Source: Sedimentisphaeraceae bacterium JB056 (lineage in GTDB: Bacteria > Planctomycetota > Phycisphaerae > Sedimentisphaerales > Sedimentisphaeraceae). From it: DNA of 64,000 nt. The stretch is from NCBI GenBank assembly GCA_044440125.1, contig JBITAJ010000021.1, forward strand, positions 192,001 to 256,000. Reading direction: 5' to 3'. Shown piece by piece: positions 1-9,692 of the stretch (the first letter of the stretch is position 1; every line of letters begins with the position of its first letter). The notes under the pieces were generated by a model. It did no database searches and was not told the DNA's origin. It saw only the letters and a program-made list of their open reading frames with translations. Both the position numbers and the translations under genes were made by a program.

Positions 1-308
1 TGAGTATCTGTTGGCCCTATGACGTGATTAAAAACACCTGTCGATGCGCCCGAATTACCTTCCCACGCATTTACAGCACTAAAACCAACTATATCTCCAC
101 CTGCAACATCAATATTGTTTCCATTTGTAAAGTCACGAAACTGGCTTCCAGCATTATATTCACCGCCACTTTTATCATTTTCTCCATTGCCGACATTGGC
201 GTTTACAAAAGGATCGTAAGCAATCAAATCGGCAAAAATATTACAAGTAGTCAAGCCGACTATTACAAATAACAAAATCATTGATATTTTGGTGGTATCT
301 ATTTTCAT
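1..308 (-). CDS. Secreted protein, paralog of the 500-3001 gene (partial; runs off the left edge of the window)
   Basis: Absent from the ORF track. Manual translation from ATG at 308 gives MKIDTTKISMILLFVIVGLTTCNIFADLIAYDPFVNANVGNGENDKSGGEYNAGSQFRDFTNGNNIDVAGGDIVGFSAVNAWEGNS..., a signal peptide followed by a near-copy of the neighbour's N-terminal domain (YDPF...VGNGENDK..GEYNAGSQFRDFTNGNN). Confidence 0.9.
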   Translation of the reverse strand, partial: MKIDTTKISMILLFVIVGLTTCNIFADLIAYDPFVNANVGNGENDKSGGEYNAGSQFRDFTNGNNIDVAGGDIVGFSAVNAWEGNSGASTGVFNHVIGPTDT

Positions 309-428
309 AATTATCTAAGTACCTTGTGCCTTGACAGCATCCTTGCGTTGTAAATAATCTTCAAGCCTAGAGTTACCCGCTCCCTTCCAGTCGCGGTACT
401 GTTATCTTGTGCCTGTCAAATATAGTAT

Positions 429-461
429 CAAACAAATGGGTCTGCCTTTTGACAGACCCAT
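429..461 (-). terminator. Rho-independent terminator of the 500-3001 gene
   Basis: The minus strand reads ATGGGTCTGTC-AAAA-GGCAGACCCAT-TTGTTTG: an 11-bp stem with one G.U pair, a 4-nt loop and a U-rich tail, ~40 nt after the stop codon. Confidence 0.75.
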
Positions 462-499
462 GCTAAATCAAATTTCAATTATTAATATCTTGCAAAATT

Positions 500-3001
500 C
501 TACGGCCAGAGGTCAACCCTTTCAGTAAGCCATCTTTCAGCCAGCCATACAAAATCTTCGTAATCGACGAAATTATCATCTGTCCTGTCTGTCTGCGGTA
601 CATAGTTGCCATTGATATAAACATAATCAATAACACCCTGCGCTCCACCTGTATAGATTGTCGCAATGCCTTCAGTACCTGATTCATATCTTTTATGTGT
701 TTTAAATGTACCGGCAGCAGTTGTACCGGCCTGATCAGATATAGTATAGTTTACATCATATGTATCAGGGTCTGGAATTAACGCGTTCGGTTCTGTAGGA
801 GCGATGGTTAGATCAATGTCAAGCATACTGTTGTTGAAATTGGTAACACCATCACCGGTTACTCTCAAGTAATCAGATGGAGGCCAAGCAACACCGGCTG
901 CCCAGTCTGAAATAAACTCAACATACTGATTTGCTCCATCAAGAACAATCGCCTGGTTTACGGCTATACAGGTAGCAGCTTCAACATTGGTATTTATCCA
1001 AAGATTAATACCGCTTCTTGAACCTTCTGTTGTATCAGAACTGCTCGTTGCCTTCATACTTGTCGTTACATTGACTTCGCCATCAAACTCAACCGGTGGG
1101 TCAGAATCCAGTCTCCATGCTCCATATGAATTACCGAGAACAGTCATTTCACCACCAGAAATCACATAATCACCTTGAATGCTATCTCGCAATATCCAGC
1201 TTCCACTTGCCGGATCGCTGTCCATTGTCTCTTCCCATGTAATATCGGTAACCAGCCACTCATCTGCCATATCGGCAAGTTCATCAGTATCCCAATAAAC
1301 AACAGGTGCGGGCATTGGTGCTCCGGTAAGTGAAATTTCAGTGAACGAGATGGAACCTATGCTCCATGTTGGACCATTCCATACATAAACACCCATTCCA
1401 CTAACCTGCGTAAGATCCGGGCTGTTAGGATCAACAGTAAATTCATGTGTTAAAGCTATATCATCACTACCGGCAAGAGCGTTAAGATTATCTATCTCTG
1501 TTTGTGAATATTTGTACCAATCAAGCCCATCAAATGAAAGTGAATATTCAACGACAGTACCGTCAAGGTCTCCGTCAGTGCCTTGATATGTAGATGGACA
1601 GAACAATCCTGAACCATACCAATCACCGTTTGCATCACGTATCAAAGCTCTTAATACAGGTGCATAGAAAAGATTACCCGGGGAGGGCAACCCTGAACCA
1701 TTTTCATATGTAGGAGCACTTGGATGCTCAAAACTGCCGCTGTATATATCAGATATTTTGAAATCCATAGTTGCCCATGAACCGGTCATATCAATAAAGC
1801 TGTCGGCTTCGTTTGAACCAGAGGAATCAAATATAGTATAAGCATAACCCTTTACAGAATTTTTAAGTGCTAATTCATCAAAAGTAACACCACCGCGTGA
1901 AATCTGATCAACCTCTACTCTATAGCCGCTTGTATCATCAGCATGACCTCCCCATTTCCAACCGGTAGGCGTAACGTCAAACGATGGTGTTTGCGGTGAT
2001 TCTGCAACATTCTTTTCATCAATTTTCATAAAACTATCACCGGGAACACTAAAATTTTGGGCAAAAGTAAGCGTCTGCGGCGGAACAGGAACTGCCTCAT
2101 TCCATGTCGTAGCCATGCGCAACTCATCAAACTGGACGTAATCCTGATAACTTGAGATAAAATTGTCAATCCAGAATCCCATGTAGTTGATCTGATCATT
2201 TGTTGTCAAAATAGCACCTGTAGTTGTAAATACGGGTGCAGCATCAACTTCACTGTATTCAGTAGGATTTAACCATGCGGTAAGTCTCTCTGAAGTACCA
2301 TTTGCATCAAATTCTATTTTGAGTACCACAAAATACACTTCGCCCTGCTGAGCATTGCTAAGAAGTACGGAATTGGTCATTACAGAACTGTCATCCCTGT
2401 GTCTGACGACAAGGTCAACCTGACTGCCATCACCGGAAAAACCAAATAATGCACCCGGATAATTTGATGTACCATCAAAAGCACCATATGAAACAGTAAC
2501 AGTAAATCCTGCCATTGCCTGTATATCAAGATTGCCTGTCAGGTTATCAGCTCTCACAAGACCACTTATATAATACACATTGCTGCCTGTATAAGAATCA
2601 ATCATACGTCTTGCATAAGAAAGACTTGTCTGCTCTAAGCCTCTTACCTGAACATTACCGTTTGTTACAGTATTCAGACTAAAACTAAGCCCTGCGGGAT
2701 CAGTAGGACCTATCAACTGATTTGTTCCGGCACTTGATGAATTTCCTGCCCATGCGTTGTCAGCACTAAAACCGACTATCTGACCACCTGCAACAGTGTT
2801 ATTGTTACCGTTGGTGAAATCACGGAACTGACTGCCCGCATTATACTCGCCATTCAGCTTGTCATTTTCACCATTACCCACAACCGCATTCTCAAATGGA
2901 TCATAAACAATAATATCAGCCTGAATAATGTTTGAGCATACCAACAACAATATCAGCGTCAATATTGATTTTAATGATATACTCTTGTAACCAATCTTCA
3001 T
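500..3001 (-). CDS. Secreted acidic multi-module beta-rich protein with dockerin-like C-terminal motif
   Basis: ATG at 3001 has an AGGAG RBS; the track start at 3043 is probably too long. Hydrophobic signal peptide, D/E/S/T/G-rich modules, C-terminal TDRTDDNFVDYEDFVWLAERWL. No catalytic motif recognised. Confidence 0.75.
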   Translation of the reverse strand: MKIGYKSISLKSILTLILLLVCSNIIQADIIVYDPFENAVVGNGENDKLNGEYNAGSQFRDFTNGNNNTVAGGQIVGFSADNAWAGNSSSAGTNQLIGPTDPAGLSFSLNTVTNGNVQVRGLEQTSLSYARRMIDSYTGSNVYYISGLVRADNLTGNLDIQAMAGFTVTVSYGAFDGTSNYPGALFGFSGDGSQVDLVVRHRDDSSVMTNSVLLSNAQQGEVYFVVLKIEFDANGTSERLTAWLNPTEYSEVDAAPVFTTTGAILTTNDQINYMGFWIDNFISSYQDYVQFDELRMATTWNEAVPVPPQTLTFAQNFSVPGDSFMKIDEKNVAESPQTPSFDVTPTGWKWGGHADDTSGYRVEVDQISRGGVTFDELALKNSVKGYAYTIFDSSGSNEADSFIDMTGSWATMDFKISDIYSGSFEHPSAPTYENGSGLPSPGNLFYAPVLRALIRDANGDWYGSGLFCPSTYQGTDGDLDGTVVEYSLSFDGLDWYKYSQTEIDNLNALAGSDDIALTHEFTVDPNSPDLTQVSGMGVYVWNGPTWSIGSISFTEISLTGAPMPAPVVYWDTDELADMADEWLVTDITWEETMDSDPASGSWILRDSIQGDYVISGGEMTVLGNSYGAWRLDSDPPVEFDGEVNVTTSMKATSSSDTTEGSRSGINLWINTNVEAATCIAVNQAIVLDGANQYVEFISDWAAGVAWPPSDYLRVTGDGVTNFNNSMLDIDLTIAPTEPNALIPDPDTYDVNYTISDQAGTTAAGTFKTHKRYESGTEGIATIYTGGAQGVIDYVYINGNYVPQTDRTDDNFVDYEDFVWLAERWLTERVDLWP

Positions 3002-3196
3002 AATTACGCTCCTATAACAAAATGATTTATATTTTTGTCTCACTATTTCTCAAGCAAGACAACCAACAATGTTATACCCAACAAGCTTTTAATCAAAAAA
3101 ACTTAGGCATAAACCCTTATCCAAGAGTCTTTTATCTTGCAAAACAAATTAACAAAACTGCAGAAAACTAATTGACCAGTCTCTCAATGACATGCG

Positions 3197-3225
3197 ATTA
3201 TACGACAGCGACATAAAAAAGTCAA
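3197..3225 (-). promoter_or_regulatory. Sigma70-type promoter for the leftward secreted-protein genes
   Basis: Minus strand TTGACT (3225-3220), 17-nt spacer, TATAAT (3202-3197). Confidence 0.7.
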
Positions 3226-3262
3226 TCAAAAAAATATTTCGATATAAATTTTGATACTTTAT

Positions 3263-3280
3263 TAAAAAATCGATTTTTTA
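3263..3280. promoter_or_regulatory. Perfect 18-bp palindrome, candidate operator between divergent promoters
   Basis: TAAAAAATCGATTTTTTA lies immediately upstream of the -35 box of the regulator promoter. It is AT-rich, so chance cannot be excluded. Confidence 0.45.
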
Positions 3281-3282
3281 TA

Positions 3283-3311
3283 TTGATTTTTAAGTTACTT
3301 AATAATAAACT
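3283..3311 (+). promoter_or_regulatory. Sigma70-type promoter for the GntR regulator operon
   Basis: TTGATT (3283-3288), 17-nt spacer, TAAACT (3306-3311), ~45 nt before the ATG at 3356. Confidence 0.55.
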
Positions 3312-3355
3312 ACTACATATAACCTCGACAACAACTCTTTTGACAAGGTAAAAAG

Positions 3356-4504
3356 ATGGAAACAACAAAAAAGTACCTTGTAGATGGAACCTACAAGAAA
3401 ATCACGGATGACTTAATAAACAACCAGTTTTCGATAGGCACAAAACTGGAACCAATCCGCGCATTGGCCAAAAAATACAGTGTATCATATATGACTGCAC
3501 AAAAAGCCATCAAAGCGTTGCAAATGCAGGGTGTGCTTGAAGCCAGACCCGGCGACGGTATATACATCACAGGTAAAGTCAAACCTATGCAGGGAACCGT
3601 GACCGATTACCTCGAAAGCAATACCGATAATGCTAAATCGGCTAAAACAGACGAAAGCTGCTACAGCATTGCAGTTGTAATGCCCTTCTGGGTTGGTCAC
3701 CGAGGAGAAGCCCAGATATACAGGATAATAAAGGGTATCCTTTCAGAAAGCGATAAACATCGCTGGTCAATTGAATTGATACATAACTCCGGCGATCTTT
3801 CAAACCACGAATCTGCTCATCCCGATTTTATAGACAAAATAGAAAGCCGCAATCCTGACGGAATCATATGGCTTCAGCCTATCCTTTCTCATAAGATGAA
3901 TTTAATGAGACTTATTGACAGAGGACACAAAGTAGTTGTTACCGGTCGTAATTTCCCAGATATTCCTGCAGTATGTATACAGATGGACTTAAAAGATGTT
4001 GCACAGAAAAGCGTAAACTACCTCATAGAAAAAGGCTCTGACAAGATAGCCCTTCTTACAGGCCCGATAGAGGGACAATTCAAAGACCCTCACTCTGTTG
4101 ATATAGTAAGAGAGATTAAAGCGGAATTCAAAAACCGCGGCCTTGATTTTTCAGATGAACTTCTATGTCAGGCTGCCTTTTCGCCTTATGATTCTATAAT
4201 AGTCCATTCTTTTATCGAAAACCATCCAGAAGTAAATGGCATTATATGCCTGCATGAGATGCATATGATTGAAGAACTTGAAAAAATGGACTGCACGGGT
4301 TTTTTCCAAAGCCAGATCAATATGGTTAACACTTCGGGTATTTATAATAGCGGTCAATATAACCAATTTGAGCATTTCAAAATGGTTAATCTTGCCTGGC
4401 CGCTTGAAAATATAGGCAGAGGAATAATTCGTGAATTTGAAAACGAATGGCTTTCAGAACTGCCTAAAACTGAATTAGACCTCAGCGTAGAGATAGTTAC
4501 GTAA
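3356..4504 (+). CDS. GntR-family transcriptional regulator with LacI-type sugar-binding domain (AraR-like architecture)
   Basis: N-terminal winged HTH (IGTKLEPIRALAKKYSVSYMTAQKAIKALQMQGVLEARPGDGIYI) followed by a periplasmic-binding-protein-like domain (DGIIW, KIALLTG). Confidence 0.85.
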   Translation: METTKKYLVDGTYKKITDDLINNQFSIGTKLEPIRALAKKYSVSYMTAQKAIKALQMQGVLEARPGDGIYITGKVKPMQGTVTDYLESNTDNAKSAKTDESCYSIAVVMPFWVGHRGEAQIYRIIKGILSESDKHRWSIELIHNSGDLSNHESAHPDFIDKIESRNPDGIIWLQPILSHKMNLMRLIDRGHKVVVTGRNFPDIPAVCIQMDLKDVAQKSVNYLIEKGSDKIALLTGPIEGQFKDPHSVDIVREIKAEFKNRGLDFSDELLCQAAFSPYDSIIVHSFIENHPEVNGIICLHEMHMIEELEKMDCTGFFQSQINMVNTSGIYNSGQYNQFEHFKMVNLAWPLENIGRGIIREFENEWLSELPKTELDLSVEIVT

Positions 4505-4569
4505 TTATTACACAGCACCGCAATCATTATTGTGGGAGTCAAAAAAACTTAAAAACAAGGAGCTTTATA

Positions 4570-5373
4570 ATGAAAGATAAAAAAGGTTTTACACTTATTG
4601 AGCTATTGGTTGTCATATCGATAATCGCAGTACTGATGGCTATTATGATGCCTGCACTGGGCAAAGTAAGACAAATGGCAAAGCTTACCATCTGCAAGAC
4701 CAGACTCAAAAACCTCGGCTCTGCAACATTAGCCTACGCCGCCTCAAACGATAACAAACTGCCTATCGCCTTCTTCCAGAGCGATGCGGGAGTCTATTCT
4801 TCAACATGGCAGAGCTATGTAATGAAAGAAACAGATGACTACCCTGCACCTCGAAGCTGGGTAAACAGCGAGAAATACGGCAGCGAAATTTTTGGCTTTG
4901 GCTTTCTATGGCAAGGCAAATACCTTGATGATTCAGAAATTTTTATCTGCCCGGGAGTAAAAAAGGAAGAAGCCAACAGGGAAAGCTTTGAAAGAAATTT
5001 AAGCAATTTCGATGAAGATTACGTCCAAAGACTTGACGCCAAATATAGCTACATACCACTTACAAAAGCTCCACACCGCAGCGGAAACTCAATACAATAC
5101 TGGAAAACCGCCAAAAGAGCTTCCGACCTTTCAGGTTCATCAGCAATGTGTATGGATAAAATGAGAGGTATCTCAGACTTTTATCACACTACCGGCAAAG
5201 GATCTAACGCCAGACCGTTAATCAATATCTGCTTTGGCGATGGACACATTGTAACATCAGACAACAGAGAATTTTTCACCAATGAAAAAGTTGCGGAATT
5301 GCAGGCACTCACCGGTGAAGCAATAATTCCCTGGAGAGATCTTTTCAATTTCCTTGACACGGTAGAAAAATAA
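4570..5373 (+). CDS. Prepilin-type N-terminal cleavage/methylation protein with H-X9-DG-like C-terminal motif
   Basis: [35 protein letters not shown], an internal FICPG motif and C-terminal YH...NICFGDGH. Confidence 0.9.
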   Translation: MKDKKGFTLIELLVVISIIAVLMAIMMPALGKVRQMAKLTICKTRLKNLGSATLAYAASNDNKLPIAFFQSDAGVYSSTWQSYVMKETDDYPAPRSWVNSEKYGSEIFGFGFLWQGKYLDDSEIFICPGVKKEEANRESFERNLSNFDEDYVQRLDAKYSYIPLTKAPHRSGNSIQYWKTAKRASDLSGSSAMCMDKMRGISDFYHTTGKGSNARPLINICFGDGHIVTSDNREFFTNEKVAELQALTGEAIIPWRDLFNFLDTVEK

Positions 5374-5413
5374 AAGTTCATAGCTAACATATTGAAATTA
5401 AGATTTTATACAA

Positions 5414-7273
5414 ATGAACACCGAACAGCTTACAATAGATATTGAAATGGTAGCAAGCATGGGGCTTGATGTTGATGATTATCGCCTTATAAATGATGAT
5501 TGGCGACTAATCGAAAAGGGCAACATCATACCAAGCAGGACTTATTCAGATCAGCCTTATTTAGTCAAAACAAATGATGAGGCATGGCTCTGCGTAATGA
5601 CAAGCGGCACTGGCAGAGAAGGAGAAGGTGGTCAGCATGTCATTTCCGTCAGAAGTGAAGATAAAGGTAAAACATGGTCGCAGATTGTAGAAGTTGACCC
5701 TCCCGGAGAAAGAGAAGCATCGTATGCCGTCCTTCTAAAAACTCCTTCAGGACGTATTTATTGCTTCTACAACTATAACGCTGATAATGTGCGTAAGATA
5801 ATCGCAGATAAAAAGGCCTATCCTGACGGCTACTGCCGACGCGTTGACAGCCTTGGAAGCTTCGTTTTTAAGTATAGTGATGACCACGGCAGAAGCTGGT
5901 CAAAAAAACGATACACAATTAATGTTCGTGAAACTGAAATAGACAGGCTTAATCCTTATCAGGGAAAAATAAAATTCTTCTGGAACGTAGGCAAAGCATT
6001 CAGCAATGATGGCAATGCGTATGTACCAATTCATAAGGTTGGTTCGTTTGGTAAAGGTTTTTTTACAAAAAGTGAAGGCTTCCTTCTTAAAAGTAAAAAT
6101 CTTCTAACAGAAAAAGACCCTGAGAATATAAAATGGCAAACTCTGCCCGATGACGAGAAGGGTTTACGAACTCCCGAAGGCGGCGGTCCTATATCAGAAG
6201 AACACAGTTTCTCCGTCATGAGTGACGGATCTTTGTTTTGCGTCTATCGCTCAATAGACGGGCATCCGGTTACCAGCTACAGTCGTGATGGCGGTCATAG
6301 CTGGACAAAGCCTCAATACATGACATACGCCACTAACGGCAAGAAAGTTAAAAATCCACGTGCAGCTAATTTTGCATGGAAATGCACTAACGGCAAATAT
6401 CTTTATTGGTTTCACAACCATGGCGGAAGGGATTACGAAAACAGAAACCCTGTATGGATGCTATGCGGCACAGAAAAGCAAAGCCCTGAAGGGCTTATAA
6501 TCGAATGGTCGCAGCCGGAGATACTATTCTATGGAGATGATCCATTTGTACGATATAGCTATCCCGATTTTTTAGAACAGAATGGTGAATATTACATAAC
6601 CGAAACAAATAAATACGTCGCCCGTTCGCACAAAATAAATCAGAAATTTTTACAGAAATTATTCAATTTCGACAAGACCGAATCTATTACAAGCGAAGAT
6701 CTCATAATAGATATTACCCGCACAAGAAAAAACCCTACAAAAGTCGAAATGCCTAAACTCCCCAAATTCCTGCTGCGCAACTTGAACACCTTCGACTACA
6801 GTGCATTGAATACAAGAAATGGAATCACTCTTGATTTCTGTGTTAATCTACTTTCGTTAAGAGAAGGACAAAATCTACTCGACAACCGAACAAACTGCGG
6901 CAGAGGCTTTTGTGTAACAACGGGCAACAATGGCAGCATAAGACTAATGATGAATGATGGAATAAGTGAATCATCATGGACAAGCGAACCGGGAATATTA
7001 CGCAACGACCATCTCCATCATATATCTCTGATAATTGATGGCGGTCCTAAGATTATTTCCTGTATTGTTGATGGTAAATTCTGTGACGGCGGAAATAATC
7101 GCCAGTTTGGCTGGGGAAGATTCAGCAGTGAACTTCTGCATATTAACGGAAGTAATGAATTGACCATTGGGAAAGACGTGGATGGAAGCATAACTACCCT
7201 GCGTATTTATAACCGAGCCTTAATGAGTACTGAAGCTGTAGGCAACTATCGCGCTACATTAAAAAATATTTAA
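5414..7273 (+). CDS. BNR/Asp-box beta-propeller (sialidase-fold) protein with C-terminal LamG-like domain
   Basis: Asp-boxes SEDKGKTW, SDDHGRSW and SRDGGHSW; YSYPD motif; C-terminal HHISLIIDG...LRIYNRAL. No signal peptide. Confidence 0.75.
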   Translation: MNTEQLTIDIEMVASMGLDVDDYRLINDDWRLIEKGNIIPSRTYSDQPYLVKTNDEAWLCVMTSGTGREGEGGQHVISVRSEDKGKTWSQIVEVDPPGEREASYAVLLKTPSGRIYCFYNYNADNVRKIIADKKAYPDGYCRRVDSLGSFVFKYSDDHGRSWSKKRYTINVRETEIDRLNPYQGKIKFFWNVGKAFSNDGNAYVPIHKVGSFGKGFFTKSEGFLLKSKNLLTEKDPENIKWQTLPDDEKGLRTPEGGGPISEEHSFSVMSDGSLFCVYRSIDGHPVTSYSRDGGHSWTKPQYMTYATNGKKVKNPRAANFAWKCTNGKYLYWFHNHGGRDYENRNPVWMLCGTEKQSPEGLIIEWSQPEILFYGDDPFVRYSYPDFLEQNGEYYITETNKYVARSHKINQKFLQKLFNFDKTESITSEDLIIDITRTRKNPTKVEMPKLPKFLLRNLNTFDYSALNTRNGITLDFCVNLLSLREGQNLLDNRTNCGRGFCVTTGNNGSIRLMMNDGISESSWTSEPGILRNDHLHHISLIIDGGPKIISCIVDGKFCDGGNNRQFGWGRFSSELLHINGSNELTIGKDVDGSITTLRIYNRALMSTEAVGNYRATLKNI

Positions 7274-7291
7274 TATATCTGGAGAAAAAAA

Positions 7292-9568
7292 ATGAAGCTG
7301 TTGGTTAAATTATCTTTATTGATTGTTGCTTTTTGCTTTTTCCTTATTTCTGAAACTGCCGCAAATCAGCCTCAGAAGGCGGGCATTAAACACGGCGACA
7401 TATTAATGCGAAGTTTGAGAGTCTGGCCTAAAGATGAAAACGACTCAAGAGATACCCTTAAAACAGCCAAAGAGTTCAAGGTTGACAAAATAGTGTGGAT
7501 ATATGAAAACACGCCAGAATTCAACCAAAAGGTTCGTAAAGCCGGTATTGGTATAGGCACAACAATGTCTGACAACGCACGAGAATCGTGGTTTGGCAAG
7601 CTAAGCGAAAGTCAAGCTTCCGAGTTTATTAACAAATATACAATCAGAAACTTAAAAGGCGAGCAGGTAATACCGAAACACTTCACACACTTCTCAAACG
7701 GCTACACTGCTCATTTTGTACCTGATATGACTATCGAAAAATGGGCAAATGTTTATATAGACTACCTAACAGGTCTCTATAATACAGGCATTGAAACGAT
7801 ACACCGCGACGACCCTGCCTCAACCGCCTGGTCACCACGTTGCGGCGGAACATTCACGGATTCGGCTGTCGAATATTTCCGTAATTATCTGGAAGATAAC
7901 TACGACATCAAACAACTGAAACAATGGGGTGTTGATGATATTAAAACATTCAACGTCAGAGAACACTTTTTAGCAATGAACGCACCCACGGATAATTCAC
8001 TTTGGCAATGGCGAGAAAGCCCGCTTATGAGAATATACCTGGATGCCCTGCAAAAAGCGAACGTCGACTTCTTTATAAAAGTGCGCAGCGAAGTTGAGAA
8101 AGCTACAGGCATGTCAATACCGTGGTCGCGTAATGGTGTTGGTGCCTTTGATGAGATCGACAAGGCATTTGATTTCCGTATCGGTGAATATCAGCGACAT
8201 CACAGCCAGCCGCAAACAATGCTGAAAATGTCTCGCTATGCAGCTGATGCTGGTAAAATGCAGGCAACCATATCTATGGTGGACGGCAAATGGAACGAAC
8301 ACCCAGAAGAATTTGTATCAGAAACACGCAAACATATCGCCACCGCCTACGCTGTCGGGATGATCCCGCTTGTACCGTGGTGTATGTATATGCATCAGGC
8401 TCCAAGATATTACGGAGAAGTTGAGGATTTTGGCGACCTCTACCATTTTGTTGCCGCCAACAAAGAACTCTTCAACGGACATAAGCTAACCTGCGCAAAT
8501 GGTATTGATACGCTCGCTAATCTATATAGCTGGAAACCTAACAAAGAACTTATATACCCCGAAAATTCAACAAGAAATATTTTCAATATCAGCAAAGAAA
8601 ACGTATTCGCGTTTCTGCGTGAGAATAAAGATACCGGTTCAAAAGTTATCCATCTGATTGACTGGAATAACAAAAATGAGAGCTTCACATTTTCTTTCTC
8701 TCCTGAGGCGATAGTTGATACCAACGCCGCAACGCTCACAATATTGCAATATGGCAGTAAAAATATAACCATAGACAATTACACAGGCGGCGATATCAAC
8801 ATGGCAGCGATATCACCATGGGCCTTGGTAACAGTAGAACCGGCTAAATCAACAAAGACTGCTTCACCGGTAATACTTTCACCATCTCGCCGTATCACAG
8901 CACAAGGCACTGAACTGATTATTGATGTTGAAGATAACTGTAACGTATTCTACAAAATCAATGATGGTGATTTCAAAAAATACAGCACTAACAACAAACC
9001 TGTCATAAACCAGAACGGAACTATCCAGGCTTATGCTGTAAAAAAATCTGACGCCAGTAAATCAGATATAGTTACTGTTAATTTTGAAACATTCATTGAT
9101 AGAAGCGTTTGCGAATCTGTAATTGCATCGGCACGCCCGGCAGCAAGACTCGAAAAGTCGTTCAAGAAAATAAGAGGCGAGATGAAAGTAAACGAATCAT
9201 TCCTCGCTAATGATATTTATGTGGGTGGGGAAAAAATCAAACGCGCCGTAGCAACACAAGGCAGTGCACTGATAACCTGCAAGACAGACCCTTCATGGAA
9301 ATACTTCACAGTGAAAGCCGCTGTTGATGATGCGGAAGACCGCCGCCCTGCCGTAAGATTTCAAGTAATGTTTGATGATAAGATGGCATACGAAACGCCA
9401 ATACTCAACCCATCTAAATTGATCATAGCCGATCAGGATAGAAAAGTATTTGATATTGCACTGGAAATACCGAAAGGCACTTCCAATATTCGCCTCGTAT
9501 CATTCCCATGCGGATTTTTCCATGACCAGAATAATGTAATCTGGATAGAACCGATAGCGTACAAATAA
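7292..9568 (+). CDS. Secreted putative glycoside hydrolase (unassigned catalytic domain) with Fn3-like and C-terminal NPCBM-like modules
   Basis: Signal peptide; a ~450-aa aromatic-rich alpha/beta region; VFYKINDG..KKY...P..I....IQAYAVK (Fn3-associated/CHB_HEX_C-like); FTVKAAVDD...VRFQVMFD...YET (NPCBM-like). Confidence 0.5.
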   Translation: MKLLVKLSLLIVAFCFFLISETAANQPQKAGIKHGDILMRSLRVWPKDENDSRDTLKTAKEFKVDKIVWIYENTPEFNQKVRKAGIGIGTTMSDNARESWFGKLSESQASEFINKYTIRNLKGEQVIPKHFTHFSNGYTAHFVPDMTIEKWANVYIDYLTGLYNTGIETIHRDDPASTAWSPRCGGTFTDSAVEYFRNYLEDNYDIKQLKQWGVDDIKTFNVREHFLAMNAPTDNSLWQWRESPLMRIYLDALQKANVDFFIKVRSEVEKATGMSIPWSRNGVGAFDEIDKAFDFRIGEYQRHHSQPQTMLKMSRYAADAGKMQATISMVDGKWNEHPEEFVSETRKHIATAYAVGMIPLVPWCMYMHQAPRYYGEVEDFGDLYHFVAANKELFNGHKLTCANGIDTLANLYSWKPNKELIYPENSTRNIFNISKENVFAFLRENKDTGSKVIHLIDWNNKNESFTFSFSPEAIVDTNAATLTILQYGSKNITIDNYTGGDINMAAISPWALVTVEPAKSTKTASPVILSPSRRITAQGTELIIDVEDNCNVFYKINDGDFKKYSTNNKPVINQNGTIQAYAVKKSDASKSDIVTVNFETFIDRSVCESVIASARPAARLEKSFKKIRGEMKVNESFLANDIYVGGEKIKRAVATQGSALITCKTDPSWKYFTVKAAVDDAEDRRPAVRFQVMFDDKMAYETPILNPSKLIIADQDRKVFDIALEIPKGTSNIRLVSFPCGFFHDQNNVIWIEPIAYK

Positions 9569-9570
9569 TT

Positions 9571-9692
9571 GTAACTGTTCACACCACTTACAAAATATAG
9601 TATGAATATACTAAGATAACTATTGGTCAGAAATCGTCAACCGTTTTTAGAGCGTATTATTGATGAATTTGGTTAAATGCGTGAACGGCTAC
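9571..9692. mobile_element. 122-bp miniature inverted-repeat element (MITE) with 8-bp target-site duplication
   Basis: Left end GTAACTGTTCAC matches the reverse complement of the right end, GTAGCCGTTCAC (10/12; 18/26 when extended). It is flanked by the direct repeat AAATAATT at 9563-9570 and 9693-9700. No ORF inside. Confidence 0.75.

Noticed and set aside
24..272. 82-aa + strand ORF
   Set aside because: Shadow of the real minus-strand gene (308 to the edge), which has clear paralogy.
340..410. Glycine or cobalamin riboswitch (GGAAGGGAGC...AACTCTAGG on the - strand)
   Set aside because: Only short fragments resemble the consensus; the core helices are not recognisable and the gene context does not fit.
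4570..5373. Type II secretion / type IV pilus operon
   Set aside because: No ATPase, secretin, platform or peptidase genes; a lone prepilin-type gene is typical of PVC glycan loci.
5474..5515. Imperfect 21-nt tandem duplication (DDYRLIN/DDWRLIE)
   Set aside because: Only two degenerate units at a variable N-terminus; no functional inference is supportable.
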